Assembly: GCF_963921235.1 (NCBI RefSeq)
Contig: NC_086097.1
Coordinates: forward strand, 152,398,001-152,462,000
Direction: 5' to 3'
From: Mobula hypostoma
Taxonomy: Eukaryota
Length of the DNA: 64,000 nt
Both the position numbers and the translations under genes were made by a program. Position 1 is the stretch's first letter; every line of letters begins with the position of its first letter. The notes below the pieces were generated by a model that was not told where the DNA came from, did not search any database, and worked only from the letters and a program-made list of their open reading frames with translations. Below are positions 1 through 12,245 of this stretch, in pieces.

Positions 1-3000
1 GGGAGAGAGGGGGAGAGAGGGGAGAGAGGGGAGAGAGGGGAGAGAGGGGAGAGGGAGAGAGGGGGGGAGGGAGAGAGGGGGAGGGGGGGAGAGGGGGGAG
101 AGGGGGGGAGAGGGAGAGGGGGAGAGGGAGGGGGGGAGAGGGAGGGGGGAGAGGGAGGGGGGAGGGAGGGGGAGAGGAGGGAGGGAGAGGAGGGGGGAGA
201 GAGAGGGGGGAGGAGGGAGGGGGAGAGAGAGGGGGGAGAGAGGAGGGGGGGAGAGGGGGGGGAGAGAGGGGGGAGAGAGAGGGGGGAGAGAGGGGGAGAG
301 AGGGAGGGGGGGAGAGAGGGGGGGAGAGAGAGGGGGAGAGAGAGGGGGGGGGGAGGGGGGGAGAGAGAGAGGGGGGAGAGAGAGGGGGAGAGAGAGGGGG
401 AGAGAGAGGGGGAGAGAGGGGGGGAGAGGGGGGGGAGAGGGGGGAGAGAGGGGAGAGGGGGGGGAGAGGGGGGGGAGGGGGGAGAGGGGGAGAGGGGGGA
501 GGGGGGGAGAGGGGGGAGGGGGGGGAGAGGGGGGGGGGGGGAGGGGAGGGGGGGAGAGGGGGGAGAGAGGGGAGAGAGGGGGAGAGAGGGGGGAGAGAGG
601 GGGGGGAGGGGGGAGAGAGAGGGGGGGGGAGAGGGGAGGGAGGGGGGAGAGGAGGGAGAGGGGGGGGAGGGGGAGAGGGGGGAGAGGGGGGAGGGGGAGG
701 GAGAGGAGGGAGAGAGGGGGGAGAGAGGGAGAGAGAGGGGGGGGAGAGGGGGGAGAGAGAGGGGGGAGAGAGAGGGGGAGGGAGAGGGGGAGAGAGGGGG
801 AGAGAGGGGGGGGAGAGAGGGAGGGGGAGAGAGGGAGGGAGAGAGGAGGGAGAGAGGGAGGGGAGGGAGAGAGGAGGGGGAGAGAGGAGGGAGAGAGAGG
901 GGGGGAGAGGAGGGGGGAGAGAGGGGGAGAGAGGGGGGAGAGGGGGAGAGAGGGGAGAGAGGGGAGAGAGGGGGGAGAGAGAGGGGGAGAGAGGGGGAGA
1001 GAGGAGGGAGAGAGGGGGAGAGAGAGGGGGAGAGAGGGGGAGAGGGGGGAGAGGGGGGAGAGGGGGGGAGGGGGAGAGGGGGGGAGAGGGGGGAGAGGGA
1101 GGGAGAGGGGGGGGGAGAGGGGGGAGAGGGGGAGAGAGGGGGGGGGAGAGGGGGGGGGAGAGGGGGAGAGAGGGGAGAGAGGGAGAGAGGGGGAGGGGGG
1201 AGGGGGGAGAGAGGGAGGAGGGGGGGGAGAGGGGGGGGGGGGAGGGGGGGGGGGGAGGGGGAGGGGGGAGAGGGGGGAGAGGGGGGGGGGGAGAGGGGGG
1301 GAGAGGGGAGGGGGGAGGGGGGAGAGAGGGGGGAGAGGGGGGGAGAGGGGGGGGGAGAGGGGGAGGAGGGAGAGAGGGGGAGAGAGGGGGAGAGAGGGGG
1401 GGAGGAGAGGGGAGGGAGGGAGGAGGGGAGGGGAGAGAGGGGGGGAGAGAGGGGGAGAGAGAGGAGGGAGAGAGGGGGGGAGGGAGGGGGAGAGGGGGGG
1501 AGAGAGGGGGGAGGAGGGGGGGAGAGAGGGGGGGAGAGAGGGGGGAGAGAGGGGGGAGAGGGGGGGGGAGAGAGGGGGGAGAGAGAGGGGGGAGAGAGGG
1601 AGGGGGAGAGGGAGGGGGGAGAGAGGGGGGAGAGAGAGGGGGGGAGAGAGAGAGAGAGGGGGAGAGAGGGGGGAGAGAGGGGGGGAGAGAGGGGGAGAGA
1701 GGGGGGAGAGAGGGGGAGAGAGGGAGAGAGGGGGGAGAGAGGGGGAGGAGAGGGGGGAGGGAGGGGGAGAGGGGGGAGAGGGGGGAGAGAGAGGGGGGGA
1801 GAGAGGGGGGAGAGAGGAGGGGAGAGAGGGGGGAGGGGGGGAGGAGGGGGGGAGAGGGGGGGGAGGGGGGGAGAGAGGGGGGGGAGAGAGGGGGGGGGAG
1901 AGAGGGGGGGGGGAGAGGGGGGGAGAGAGGGGGGGAGAGAGGGAGAGAGAGAGGGGGAGGGAGAGGGGGGAGAGGGAGGGGAGAGAGAGGAGGGAGAGAG
2001 GGGGGGAGGAGGGGGGGAGAGAGGGGGGGGGGGAGGGGGGGGGAGAGAGGGGGGAGAGAGGGGGGAGAGAGGGGGAGAGAGGGGGAGGAGGGGGGGAGAG
2101 GGGGAGGGAGAGGGGGGAGAGGGGGGGGGGGGAGGGGGGGAGAGGGGGGGGGGGGGGGGGAGGGGGGGAGAGAGGGGGGGGGGGGGGGGGGGGAGGGGGG
2201 AGGGGGGGGGGAGAGAGAGGGGGGGAGAGAGGGGGGAGGGGGGGGAGAGGGGGGAGGGGGGGAGGGGGGGGGGAGAGAGGGGGGAGAGAGAGGGGGGAGG
2301 GGGGGGAGAGAGGGGGGAGAGGAGGGGGGAGAGAGGGGGGGGAGGGGGGGGAGAGAGGGGGGAGAGGGGGGAGAGAGGGGGGGAGGGGGGGGAGGGGGGA
2401 GAGAGAGGGGGAGAGAGAGGGGGGAGGGAGAGGGGGGGGAGAGAGGGGGAGAGAGGGGGAGGGGAGAGAGGGGGGAGAGAGAGGGGGAGAGAGAGAGGGG
2501 GAGAGAGAGGGGGGGAGAGAGAGAGAGGGGGAGAGAGAGAGGGGGGGAGAGAGAGAGGGGGAGAGAGAGGGGGAGAGAGGGGGGGAGAGAGGGGGGGAGA
2601 GAGGGGGGAGAGGGGGGAGAGAGGGGGAGAGGGGGGAGAGAGGGGGGGAGAGAGAGGGGGAGAGAGAGGGGGAGAGAGAGGGGGGAGATAGAGGGGGGGA
2701 GAGAGGGGAGGGAGAGGGGAGAGGGGGGAGGGGGGGAGAGAGGGGGAGAGAGGGGGGAGAGGGGGGGAGAGGGGGGAGAGGGGGAGAGGGAGGAGGGAGA
2801 GAGGGGGGAGAGAGGGGGAGAGAGGGGGGAGAGAGGGGGGAGAGAGGGGGAGAGAGGGGGGGGGAGAGAGGGGGAGAGAGGGGGGAGAGAGGGGGGAGAG
2901 AGAGGGAGGGAGAGAGAGGGGGGAGAGGGGGGGAGAGAGGGGGGAGAGGGGGGGGAGAGAGGGGGAGAGGGGGGAGAGAGGGGGAGAGAGGGGGGGAGAG

Positions 3001-6000
3001 GGGGGAGAGAGGGGGAGAGGGGGGAGAGGGGGAGAGAGGGGGGGAGAGAGGGGGAGAGAGGGGGAGAGAGGGGGGAGAGAGGGGGGGAGGAGAGGGGGGA
3101 GAGGGGGAGAGAGGGAGAGGGGAGAGAGAGGGGGGAGAGAGGGGGGGAGGAGGGAGAGAGGGGGAGAGAGGGGGGGGAGAGAGGGGGGGGAGGAGGGGGA
3201 GAGAGGGGGGAGAGAGGAGGGGGGAGAGAGAGGGGGAGAGGAGGGGGGAGAGAGAGGGGGGGGAGAGAGGGGGGGAGAGAGAGGGGGGGGAGAGGGGGGG
3301 GAGAGAGGGGGAGAGAGAGGGGAGAGAGGGAGAGAGGGGGGGAGAGAGGGGGAGAGAGGGGGAGAGAGGGGAGAGAGGGGGAGAGAGGGGGAGAGAGGGG
3401 GGAGAGGGGGAGAGGGGGAGAGGAGGGGGGGGGAGAGGGGGGAGAGGGAGGGGGAGAGGGGGAGAGAGGGAGGGGGGGGGAGAGGAGGGGGGAGAGGGGG
3501 GGGGAGGAGGGGGGAGAGAGGGGGGGAGAGGAGAGGGGGAGAGAGAGGGGGAGGAGAGGGGGGGAGAGGGAGGGGGAGAGAGAGGGGGGGAGAGAGAGGG
3601 GGGGGGGAGAGGGGGGAGAGAGGGGGGGGAGAGAGGGGGGAGAGGGGGGGGGGAGAGAGGGGGGGAGAGGGGGGAGAGGGGGAGAGAGGGGGAGAGAGGG
3701 GGGAGAGAGAGGGGGGAGAGGGGGGGGAGAGGGGGGGAGGGGGGGGAGAGGGGGGGAGAGGGGGGGAGGGGGAGAGGGGGGGAGAGGGAGAGGGGGAGAG
3801 AGGGGGGAGGGAGAGAGGGGGAGAGAGGGGGGAGAGAGGGGGAGAGAGGGGGGAGAGGGGGAGGGGAGAGGGGGAGAGAGGGGGAGAGAGGGGAGAGAGG
3901 GGGAGAGAGGGGGAGGGGGAGAGGGGGGGGGAGAGAGGGGGGGGGAGGGGGGGGGAGGGGGGAGGGGGGGGAGAGGGGGGGAGAGGGGGGGGGAGAGAGG
4001 AGAGAGAGGGGGGAGGGGGGAGAGGGGGGAGGGGGAGAGGGGGAGAGGGGGGAGAGAGGGGAGAGAGGGGGAGAGGGGGAGAGGGAGAGGGGAGAGGGGG
4101 GAGGGGGGAGAGGGGGGGAGGGGGGAGAGGGGGGGAGAGGGGGAGAGAGGGGGAGAGGGGGGAGAGGGGGGAGGGGGGGGAGGGGGGAGAGAGGGGGAGA
4201 GGGGGGAGAGAGGGGGGAGAGAGGGGGGGGAGGGGGGGAGAGGGGGAGGAGGGGAGGAGGGGGAGAGAGGGGAGGGAGGGAGAGGGGGGAGAGAGAGGGG
4301 GGGAGAGAGGGGGGGAGAGAGAGGGGGGGAGAGAGGGGGGAGAGGGGGGGAGAGAGAGAGGGGGGAGAGAGAGGGGGGGAGAGAGGGGAGAGAGGGGGGA
4401 GAGGGGGAGAGGGGGGAGAGAGGGGGGGAGAGAGGGGGGAGAGAGGGGGGAGGGGAGAGAGGGGGGGAGAGGGGGGAGAGAGAGGGGGGAGAGAGGGGGG
4501 AGAGAGAGGGGGGAGAGAGGGGGGGAGAGAGGGGGGGGGGGGAGAGGGGGGAGAGAGGGGGGGGAGAGGGGGGGGGGAGAGAGGGGGGGAGAGAGGGGGG
4601 GGAGAGAGGGGGAGAGGGGGGGAGAGGGGGGGGAGAGAGGGGGGAGAGGAGAGAGAGAGGGGGAGAGAGGGGGGAGAGAGGGGGAGAGAGGGGGAGAGAG
4701 GGGGGGAGAGAGAGGGGAGAGAGGGAGGAGAGGGGGAGAGAGGGGGGGAGAGAGGGGGAGAGGGGGGGAGAGAGGGGGAGAGAGGGGGGAGGGGGGGGGG
4801 GAGAGGGGGGAGGGGGGGGAGAGGGGGGAGAGAGGGGGGAGAGAGGGGGGAGAGGGGGGGGGGGAGAGAGAGGGGGGGAGAGAGGGGGAGAGAGGGGGGA
4901 GGGAGGGAGAGGGGGGAGAGAGAGAGGGGGAGAGAGAGGGGGAGAGAGAGAGGGAGGGAGAGAGAGGGGGGGAGAGGGGGGGAGAGAGGGGGGAGAGAGG
5001 GGGGAGAGGGGGGGAGGGGGGAGGGGGGGAGAGGGGGGAGAGGGGGGGGAGGGGGGGAGAGGGGGAGGAGGGAGGGGGGGAGGGGGGAGGGGGAGGGGGG
5101 GGGGGGGGGGGAGAGAGAGGGGGGAGAGGGGGGGAGAGAGGGGGGAGAGGGGGAGGGGGGGGAGGGGGGGGGGGGGGAGGGGGGGAGAGAGAGGGGGAGA
5201 GAGAGGGGGGGAGAGGGAGGGGGGAGGAGAGAGGGGGGAGAGAGAGGGGGGAGAGAGGGGGGGGAGAGGGGGGGGGAGAGGGGGGGAGAGAGAGGGGGGG
5301 AGAGAGGGGAGAGAGGGGGGAGAGAGAGAGGGGGGGAGGGAGGGGGGAGAGAGAGGGGAGAGAGAGAGGGGGAGAGAGGGGGGAGAGGGAGAGGGGGAGA
5401 GAGGAGGGGGAGAGAGGGGGGGAGAGGGGAGAGAGGGGGAGAGGGGGGGAGAGGGGGAGAGGGGGAGAGAGAGAGGGGGAGAGAGAGGGGGGAGAGAGAG
5501 GGGGGAGGAGAGGGGGGAGAGGGGGGGAGAGGGGGGGAGAGAGGGGGGAGGGGGAGAGGAGGGAGGGGGGAGAGAGGGGGAGAGAGGGGGGAGGGAGGGA
5601 GGGGAGAGAGGGGGGAGGGGGGGAGAGAGGGGAGAGAGGGGGAGAGAGGGGGGGGAGGGAGGGGGGAGGGAGAGGGGGGAGGGGGAGAGGGGGAGAGAGA
5701 GGGGGAGAGAGGGAGAGAGGGGGGAGAGAGGGGGGGAGAGGGGAGAGGGGGGAGGAGGAGGGGGGAGAGAGGGGGGAGAGAGAGGGGGAGAGAGGGGGAG
5801 AGAGGGGGGGAGAGAGGGGGAGAGAGGGGGGGAGAGAGGGGGGGGAGAGAGGGGGGGAGAGGGGGGGGGGGAGAGAGGGGGGAGAGAGAGGGGGGAGAGA
5901 GGGGGGAGAGAGGGGGGAGAGAGGGGAGAGAGGGGGGGAGAGAGGGGGGGAGAGAGGGGGAGAGGGAGGGGGAGAGAGGGGGGAGAGAGGGGGGGAGAGA

Positions 6001-8175
6001 GGGGAGAGAGAGGGGGAGAGAGGGGGAGAGAGGGGGGAGAGAGGGGGGAGAGAGGGGGAGAGAGGGAGAGAGAGGGGAGAGAGGGGGGGGGAGAGAGGGG
6101 GGGAGAGGGGGGGGAGAGAGGGGGAGAGAGGGGAGAGAGGGAGAGAGGGGGGAGAGGGGGGAGAGGGGGGAGAGAGGGGGAGAGGGGGGAGAGGGGGGGA
6201 GAGAGGGGGAGAGAGGGGGGAGAGAGGGGGAGAGAGGGGGGAGAGAGAGGGGGGAGAGAGGGGGAGAGGGGGGAGAGAGAGGGGGGAGAGGGGGGAGAGA
6301 GGGGAGAGGGGGGAGAGAGGGGGGAGAGAGGGGGGAGAGAGGGGGGGGAGGAGGGAGAGAGAGGGGGGAGAGAGAGGGGGGAGAGAGGGGGGGAGAGAGG
6401 GGGAGAGAGAGGGGGGGGAGAGAGGGGGGAGAGAGAGGGGGGAGAGAGAGGGAGGAGAGAGCGAGAGAGGCGGGAGAGAGGGGAGAGAGAGGGGGGGGGG
6501 GGGGGGGGAGAGAGGGGGGAGAGAGAGGGGGGAGAGAGGGGGGGAGAGAGGGGGGAGAGAGGGGGAGAGAGAGGGGGAGAGGGAGAGAGGGGGAGAGAGG
6601 GGGAGAGAGGGGGAGAGAGGGGGAGAGAGAGGGGAGAGGGGGGAGGGAGAGGGGGAGAGAGGGGGAGAGAGGGGGGGAGGAGAGGGGGAGAGAGAGGGGG
6701 AGAGAGAGGGGGAGAGAGAGGGGGGGAGAGAGAGGGGGGGGAGAGAGGGGGGAGAGAGAGGGGGGGAGGAGAGGGGGGAGAGAGAGGGGGGGAGAGAGGG
6801 GGAGAGAGAGGGGGGAGAGAGAGAGGGGGGAGAGAGAGGGGAGAGAGGGGGAGAGAGAGGGGGAGAGGGGGGGAGAGAGGGGGAGAGAGGGGGAGAGAGG
6901 GGGAGAGAGGGGGAGAGAGGGGGAGAGAGGGGGGAGAGAGGGGGAGAGAGGGGGAGAGAGGGGGAGAGAGGGGGAGAGAGGGGGAGAGAGGGGGAGAGAG
7001 GGGGAGAGAGGGGGAGAGAGAGGGGGGAGAGAGAGGGGGAGAGAGGGGGGGAGAGAGAGGGGGAGAGAGAGGGGGAGAGAGAGGGGGGAGAGAGAGGGGG
7101 GGAGAGAGAGGGGGAGAGAGAGGGGGAGGGAGAGGGGGGAGAGGGGGAGAGGGGGGAGAGAGGGGGAGAGAGGGGGAGAGAGGGGGGGGAGGGGGGGAGA
7201 GGGGGGAGAGAGGGGGGTGGGAGAGAGGGGGTGGGAGAGAGGGGGAGGGAGAGAGAGGGGGAGAGAGGGGGGAGAGGGGGGAGAGAGGGGGAGAGAGAGG
7301 GGGAGAGAGAGGGGGGAGAGAGAGGGGGAGAGAGAGAGGGGGAGAGAGAGAGAGAGGGGCGGGGAGAGAGAGGGGGGGAGAGAGGGGGGAGAGAGAGAGG
7401 GGGGAGAGAGGGGGGGAGAGAGAGGGGGGGAGAGAGAGGGGAGGGGGAGAGAGGGGGGGGAGAGAGAGGGGGGGAGAGAGAGGGGGGAGAGAGGGGGGGG
7501 GAGAGAGGAGGGGGAGAGAGAGGGGGGGAGAGAGAGAGAGGGGGAGAGAGAGGGGGGAGAGAGAGAGGGGGAGAGAGAGAGGGGGAGAGAGAGGGGGAGA
7601 GAGAGGGGGGAGAGAGAGGGGGAGAGAGAGGGGGGAGAGAGAGGGGGGGAGAGAGGGGGGAGAGAGGGGGGAGAGAGGGGGGAGAGAGAGGGGGGGAGAG
7701 AGAGGGGGGGAGAGAGAGGGGGGAGAGAGGGGGGGGAGAGAGGGGGGAGAGAGAGAGGGGGAGAGAGGGGGGGAGAGAGGGGGGAGAGAGAGGGGGGAGA
7801 GAGAGGGGTGGGGAGAGAGGGGTGGGAGAGAGGGGGGGAGAGGGGGAGAGAGGGGAGAGAGGGGGAGAGAGGGGGAGAGAGGGGAGAGAGGGGGGAGAGA
7901 GGGGGAGAGAGGGGGGGAGGGGGGGGGGGGGAGGGGGGGAGGGGGGGAGAGGGGGGGGAGAGGGGGGGGAGAGGGAGGGGGGGAGAGGGAGGGGGAGAGG
8001 GAGGGGGGGAGGAGGGGGGGGAGAGGAGGGGGGAGAGAGAGGGGGAGAGAGAGGGGGGGAGAGAGAGGGGGGAGAGAGAGGGGGGAGAGAGAGGGGGAGA
8101 GAGAGGGGGGGAGAGAGAGGGGGGGGGAGAGAGGGGGGAGAGAGGGGGGGGGGGGGAGGGGGGGGGGGGGGGGGG

Positions 8176-8212
<37 letters not shown>

Positions 8213-8226
8213 GGGGGGAGAGGGGG

Positions 8227-8279
<53 letters not shown>

Positions 8280-8320
8280 GGGGGGGGAGAGGGGGGAGAG
8301 GGGGAGAGGGGGAGAGGGGG
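1..8320 (+). repeat. Very long G/A-only polypurine low-complexity tract (GA dinucleotides and G runs), open at the window start
   Basis: The + strand is almost only G and A, with a handful of T/C. A locally regular (GGGGAGAGAG)n run lies at about 6870-7020 and pure G runs at about 8150-8280. Confidence 0.97.
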
Positions 8321-9199
8321 AAAGAACAAGAAATTAACCTTAAGGGGCACAATATATTTCAGGGACCTCGGTTCAAATCTTGCCTTGAATATTGGAATTC
8401 AAAAACAAGTATATGCAACTTGGATTATTGTTTTTAAAAATTTCCATATACCTGTTGTCACTAATCAGAAATTATTCATAATTTGGCAACCCTCAACGTG
8501 GAGGTGGGGAGTAATCAAATTTAAGATTGTGAGGATTGGATTAAAGTCGATGGGATGAACTGATAACTATAGCTACCTATGCTGTTAACATGTGTATAAG
8601 TCACTAATATTGTTGGTACACAATGATATATTCCAGAGCTGGCATTGTGACTCAGAGGAAAGCTTGTTGCTTAATTTTGACTCTTAAAAATGGAAAAGTG
8701 TTCTACTCCCCAAGGTCAGTTAAATGATGATAATTCATCAAAAGGCGGGATGTTCTACATGTGCAATAATAATTCTATACCAGGAATTGGAAATTAGTAG
8801 ATTTTGATTGATGGTCAGAATAAATATATTCTAGTTTTGTGTGAAATGCCAGATAAACATTAAAAGCTATGGGTAGTGCACTGCAAGGTAATACCATCTG
8901 ACAGAATTCTATTATTGGTTTTCCCATTTGTTTTACATAGAAGAGAAACTGCTATGGATAATTTATGGACTGATTGTACTGCATCAGCTCCACAGTGTGC
9001 TGCACAGTCAGGAGAAGCAAATTACATTTCTTCTTTCTGAGGGAACATTGATTCCACACCACAAGAGGTATTCAATATTCTTTTTGTTCATCTGCACAGA
9101 TTTCATCTCCTCACTAGTTGCCAGCAAGTAACCTTGTGCAACCTACTTGCAGCTGTGGAGGAGGAAACTGCCATGAAAAAATACCTTAAAAAGATAAAA

Positions 9200-9310
9200 T
9201 CTCAGTGCAGCTTTTTATATTTTTCATTATTGTGTATTGAATTGTACCGCTGCAACTAAACAATAAATATCACAACATATGCCAGCAACATTAAACACGA
9301 TTCTGATTCC
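9200..9310 (+). mobile_element. 3' tail fragment of a Rex1/Babar-like LINE (or of a SINE sharing its tail)
   Basis: The motif tgtaccgctgc...ataaatatcacaacatatgcc...attaaacacgattctgattc recurs at about 38260-38335 and 55360-55420. Confidence 0.45.
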
Positions 9311-9733
9311 AACACCCACATGAGAGTTTGACATCCACAAATGCCTCTTCTGATAATTTCTTTACCTCTACAGTTGTACTTTTCACCATACATACATTCA
9401 GCCTTGAGATTTGATGTTAACAGCAATGCAGGTATTTATTGTTTTCTCCCCTAACTGGTCCTGAATTGAGGAACTATTAAGAATTACTTACATTTACAGG
9501 TCAGGAGTCAAATACAGTATGCGACCAGACTGAATAAATATTTTAGAATTCCAGGTCTAAGGGCACCAGTGCACTAAATAGGTTCCTGTTGCTAAGACTA
9601 CTTTTTCAAACTTCCAGTTTTATTAATTATTTACATTCCCCAAAATACATTGCATGATTTGAGTTAATATATCTGGATCAATTTCCCAGACTGCGAGCTG
9701 CTGGTATAGTGAATTACCAACATTAAACTACCG

Positions 9734-9957
9734 TGGGATGGCATGACAGTGTAGCAATTAGTGTAATGCTTTTACAGTGCACACTGGATTCAATTTCTGC
9801 AATTGTTCACTCTCCCTGTGACTGTGTGGGTTTCCTCCATGTGCTCCAGTTTCCTCCCACATTTTAAAGTTGTGCGGGTTAGGCGGTTAATTGGTCACAT
9901 GGGTAAATTAGGTGGCATGGTCTCGTTCGGCCAGAGGGCTAGCTGCTGTGTGTATCC
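9734..9957 (+). mobile_element. tRNA-derived V-SINE (HE1-like)
   Basis: A degenerate A/B-box head is followed by the V-domain-like core gtgggtttcctccatgtgctccagtttcctcccaca and a LINE-like tail. Confidence 0.8.
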
Positions 9958-10229
9958 ATTTTCACTAAGTGACTTTAAAAGTAGGTGTGGCTAAAAGATA
10001 ATTTAGCCCAGTACTGGAAGTGGAAACACTACTATTTCAACTTTTCATCTTTGCAGCCTCAGTTACTAGAGCAGAACCTACAAGATGCAGAAACCTGAAG
10101 AATTGGTATTAACCATCTGCCTGTACAGGTTCTCCACAATCCTGAAGAAGCAGACCATGATAAAATAAACACATTGTTATGAATTTAAATTTGGAAGCAA
10201 GTTAAACTAAACCAGTATAGCACCTACAT

Positions 10230-10316
10230 CCAGACCTGGTGAAAGGTCACAACCTGAAATGTTGACTGTTCATTCCCCTCCCTAGATGCTGCTGGACTTC
10301 CTCCAGCATTTTATTT
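10230..10316 (+). mobile_element. 87-bp Penelope-derived mini-insertion (degenerate hammerhead plus tail) with 15-bp TSD
   Basis: gacCTGGTGAaaggtcacaacctGAAAtgttgact...gatgctgctgg...ttcctccagcatttt is homologous to 63147-63233. It is flanked by gtatagcacctacat (10215-10229) and gtatagcacctatat (10317-10331). Confidence 0.8.
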
Positions 10317-10513
10317 GTATAGCACCTATATTTTCTGAAAGATTCATGTGTGTCTATATAGTGGTGCATGTCTTCTGGGTGCATACAGTGCTGGGGGTTG
10401 GTGTATTTTCCAATGTGATTGTTCACAAGGTTACTCTAGAAAGCAGATGCAGTGCCAATAGACTGAGGTTATTATATCTCTATACCAGTTTAGGTGAAAC
10501 AAAATCTACCAAA

Positions 10514-11665
10514 AATAGACATTTACAATAGCTGCAGGAGTAGGCCATTCAGCCCTTCGAGCCAGAACCACCATTTACCGTGATCATGGCTGATCATCCA
10601 CAATCAGTACCCTTTTCCTGCCTTCTTCCCATATTCCTTCACTCCACTATCTTTAAGAGCTCTATCTAACTCTTTCTTGAGAGAATCCAGAGAATTGGCC
10701 TCCACTGCCTTCCAAGGCAGAGCATTCCACAGAACCACAACCCTCTGTGTGGAAAAAGTTTTTCCTCAACTCCGTTCTAGATTGTCTACCCCTTATTCTT
10801 AAACTGTGGCCTCTGGTTCTGGACTCCCCCAACATCAGGAACATGTTTCCTGCCTCTAGCGTGTCCAATCTCTTAATAATCTTATATGTTTCAATCAGAT
10901 CCCCTCTCATCCTTCTACATTCCAGTGTATACAACCCCAGTCACTCCAATCTTTCAACATATGATAGTCCCGCCATCCTGGGAATTAACCTCATGAACCT
11001 ACACTGCATTCCCTCAATAGCTAGAATGTTCTTCCTCCAATTTGGAGACCAAAACTGTACACAATATTCCAGGTGTGGTCTCACCAGGGCCCTGTACAAA
11101 TGCAGAAGGACCTCTTTGCACCTATACTCAATTCTCCTTATGAACGCCAGCATGCCATTAGCTTTCTTCACTGCCTGCTGTACCTGCATGCTTACTTTCA
11201 GTGACTGATGAACAAGGACACCTAGATCTCATTGTACTTCCCCTTTTCCTAACTGAACACCATTCAGATAGTAATCTGCCTTCCTGATCTTGCCATCAAA
11301 GTGGATAACCTCACATTTATCCACATTAAACTGCATCTGCCATGTATCTGCCCACTCACCCAACCTGTCCAAGTCACCCTGCATTCTCATAACATCCTCC
11401 TCACATTTCACACTGGCACCCAGCTTTGTGTCATCTGCAAATTTGCTAATGTTACTTTTAATCCCTTCATCTAAATCATTAATATATATTGTAAATAGCT
11501 GTGGTCCCAGCACCAAGCCTTGTGGTACCCCACTAGTCACTGCCTGCCATTCTGAAAAGGACCCATTAATCCCTATTCTTTGTTTCCTGTCTGCCAACCA
11601 ATTTTCTATCCATGTCAGTACCATACCCCCAATACCATTTGCTCTAATTTTGCACACTAACCTTC
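10514..11665 (-). mobile_element. 5'-truncated CR1-clade LINE (RT C-terminal half plus 3' UTR)
   Basis: ORFs 11229-11735, 10941-11189 and 10662-10934 give SGVPQGLVLGP, KFADDTK, LVRPHLEYCVQFWSP and RRMRGDLIETYKI. The CR1 3' end (ggagtaggccattc on +) is present. Confidence 0.93.
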
Positions 11666-11708
11666 TATCCCAAACAAGAGAAAATCTGCAGATATTGTAA
11701 AACCAACG

Positions 11709-11742
<34 letters not shown>

Positions 11743-11790
11743 GCTGGAGGGAACCCAGCAGGACAGGCAGCATCTGTGGAAGAGAGTAAA

Positions 11791-11827
11791 CACTCAGTGT
11801 TTTGGGCTGAGACCCTTCATCAGGACT
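11791..11827 (-). ncRNA. Degenerate hammerhead ribozyme motif in the PLE 3' UTR
   Basis: The - strand reads agtc-CTGATGA-agggtctcagccc-AAAA-cactgagtg. GAAA has become AAAA and the GUC site is lost. Confidence 0.6.
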
Positions 11828-11892
11828 GGAGAAAAAAAGATAAGGTGTCAGAGTAAGAAGGTGGGGGAGAGGAGGAAGAAATACAAGGTAGT

Positions 11893-11989
11893 TACAGACA
11901 GATCAGTCATGATCTTATTGAAAGGTGGGGCAGGCTCGATGGGCCGGATAGCCTACTCCTGTTCCTATTTCGTATGTTCTTATGTTCTA
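11893..11989 (+). mobile_element. Short CR1 3'-end insertion inside the PLE 3' UTR
   Basis: gatcagtcatgatcttattgaa...gcctactcctgttcctatttcgtatgttcttatgttcta is a CR1 3' stem-loop plus microsatellite tail. Confidence 0.8.
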
Positions 11990-12193
11990 GTAGGTAATGG
12001 GTGAAACCAGGTGAGGGGGAGGGGTGAAGTAAAGAGTTGGGAAGTTGAATGGTGAAAGAGAAAAATGGCTGGAAAGGGGGAATCTGATAAAGGCATGGAA
12101 GAAAGGGAAGTGGGAAGAGCACCAGAGGAAGGTGATGGACAGGTAAGGAGATAAGGTGAGAGAGAAATGGGAATGGGCAATGGTGAAGGAGAG

Positions 12194-12245
12194 ACCATAA
12201 GACAAAGGAGCAGAAGTAGGCCATTCGGTCCATCGAGTCTGCTCC
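12194..12245 (-). mobile_element. 52-bp CR1 3'-end insertion with GAGAG TSD
   Basis: accataagacaaaggagcagaagtaggccattcgg...ctgctcc is flanked by gagag at 12189-12193 and 12246-12250. Confidence 0.8.

Noticed and set aside
7217..8437. 406-aa and 368-aa G/R/E-rich ORFs
   Set aside because: A G/A-only tract cannot contain stop codons and the starts are GTG. These are compositional artefacts.
9734..9800. tRNA gene
   Set aside because: This is the degenerate tRNA-derived head of a SINE, with no cloverleaf.
10747..11700. + strand ORFs of 153 and 136 aa, and similar ones at 51883-52587 and 47496-48065
   Set aside because: Antisense shadows of CR1 or Gypsy coding sequence.
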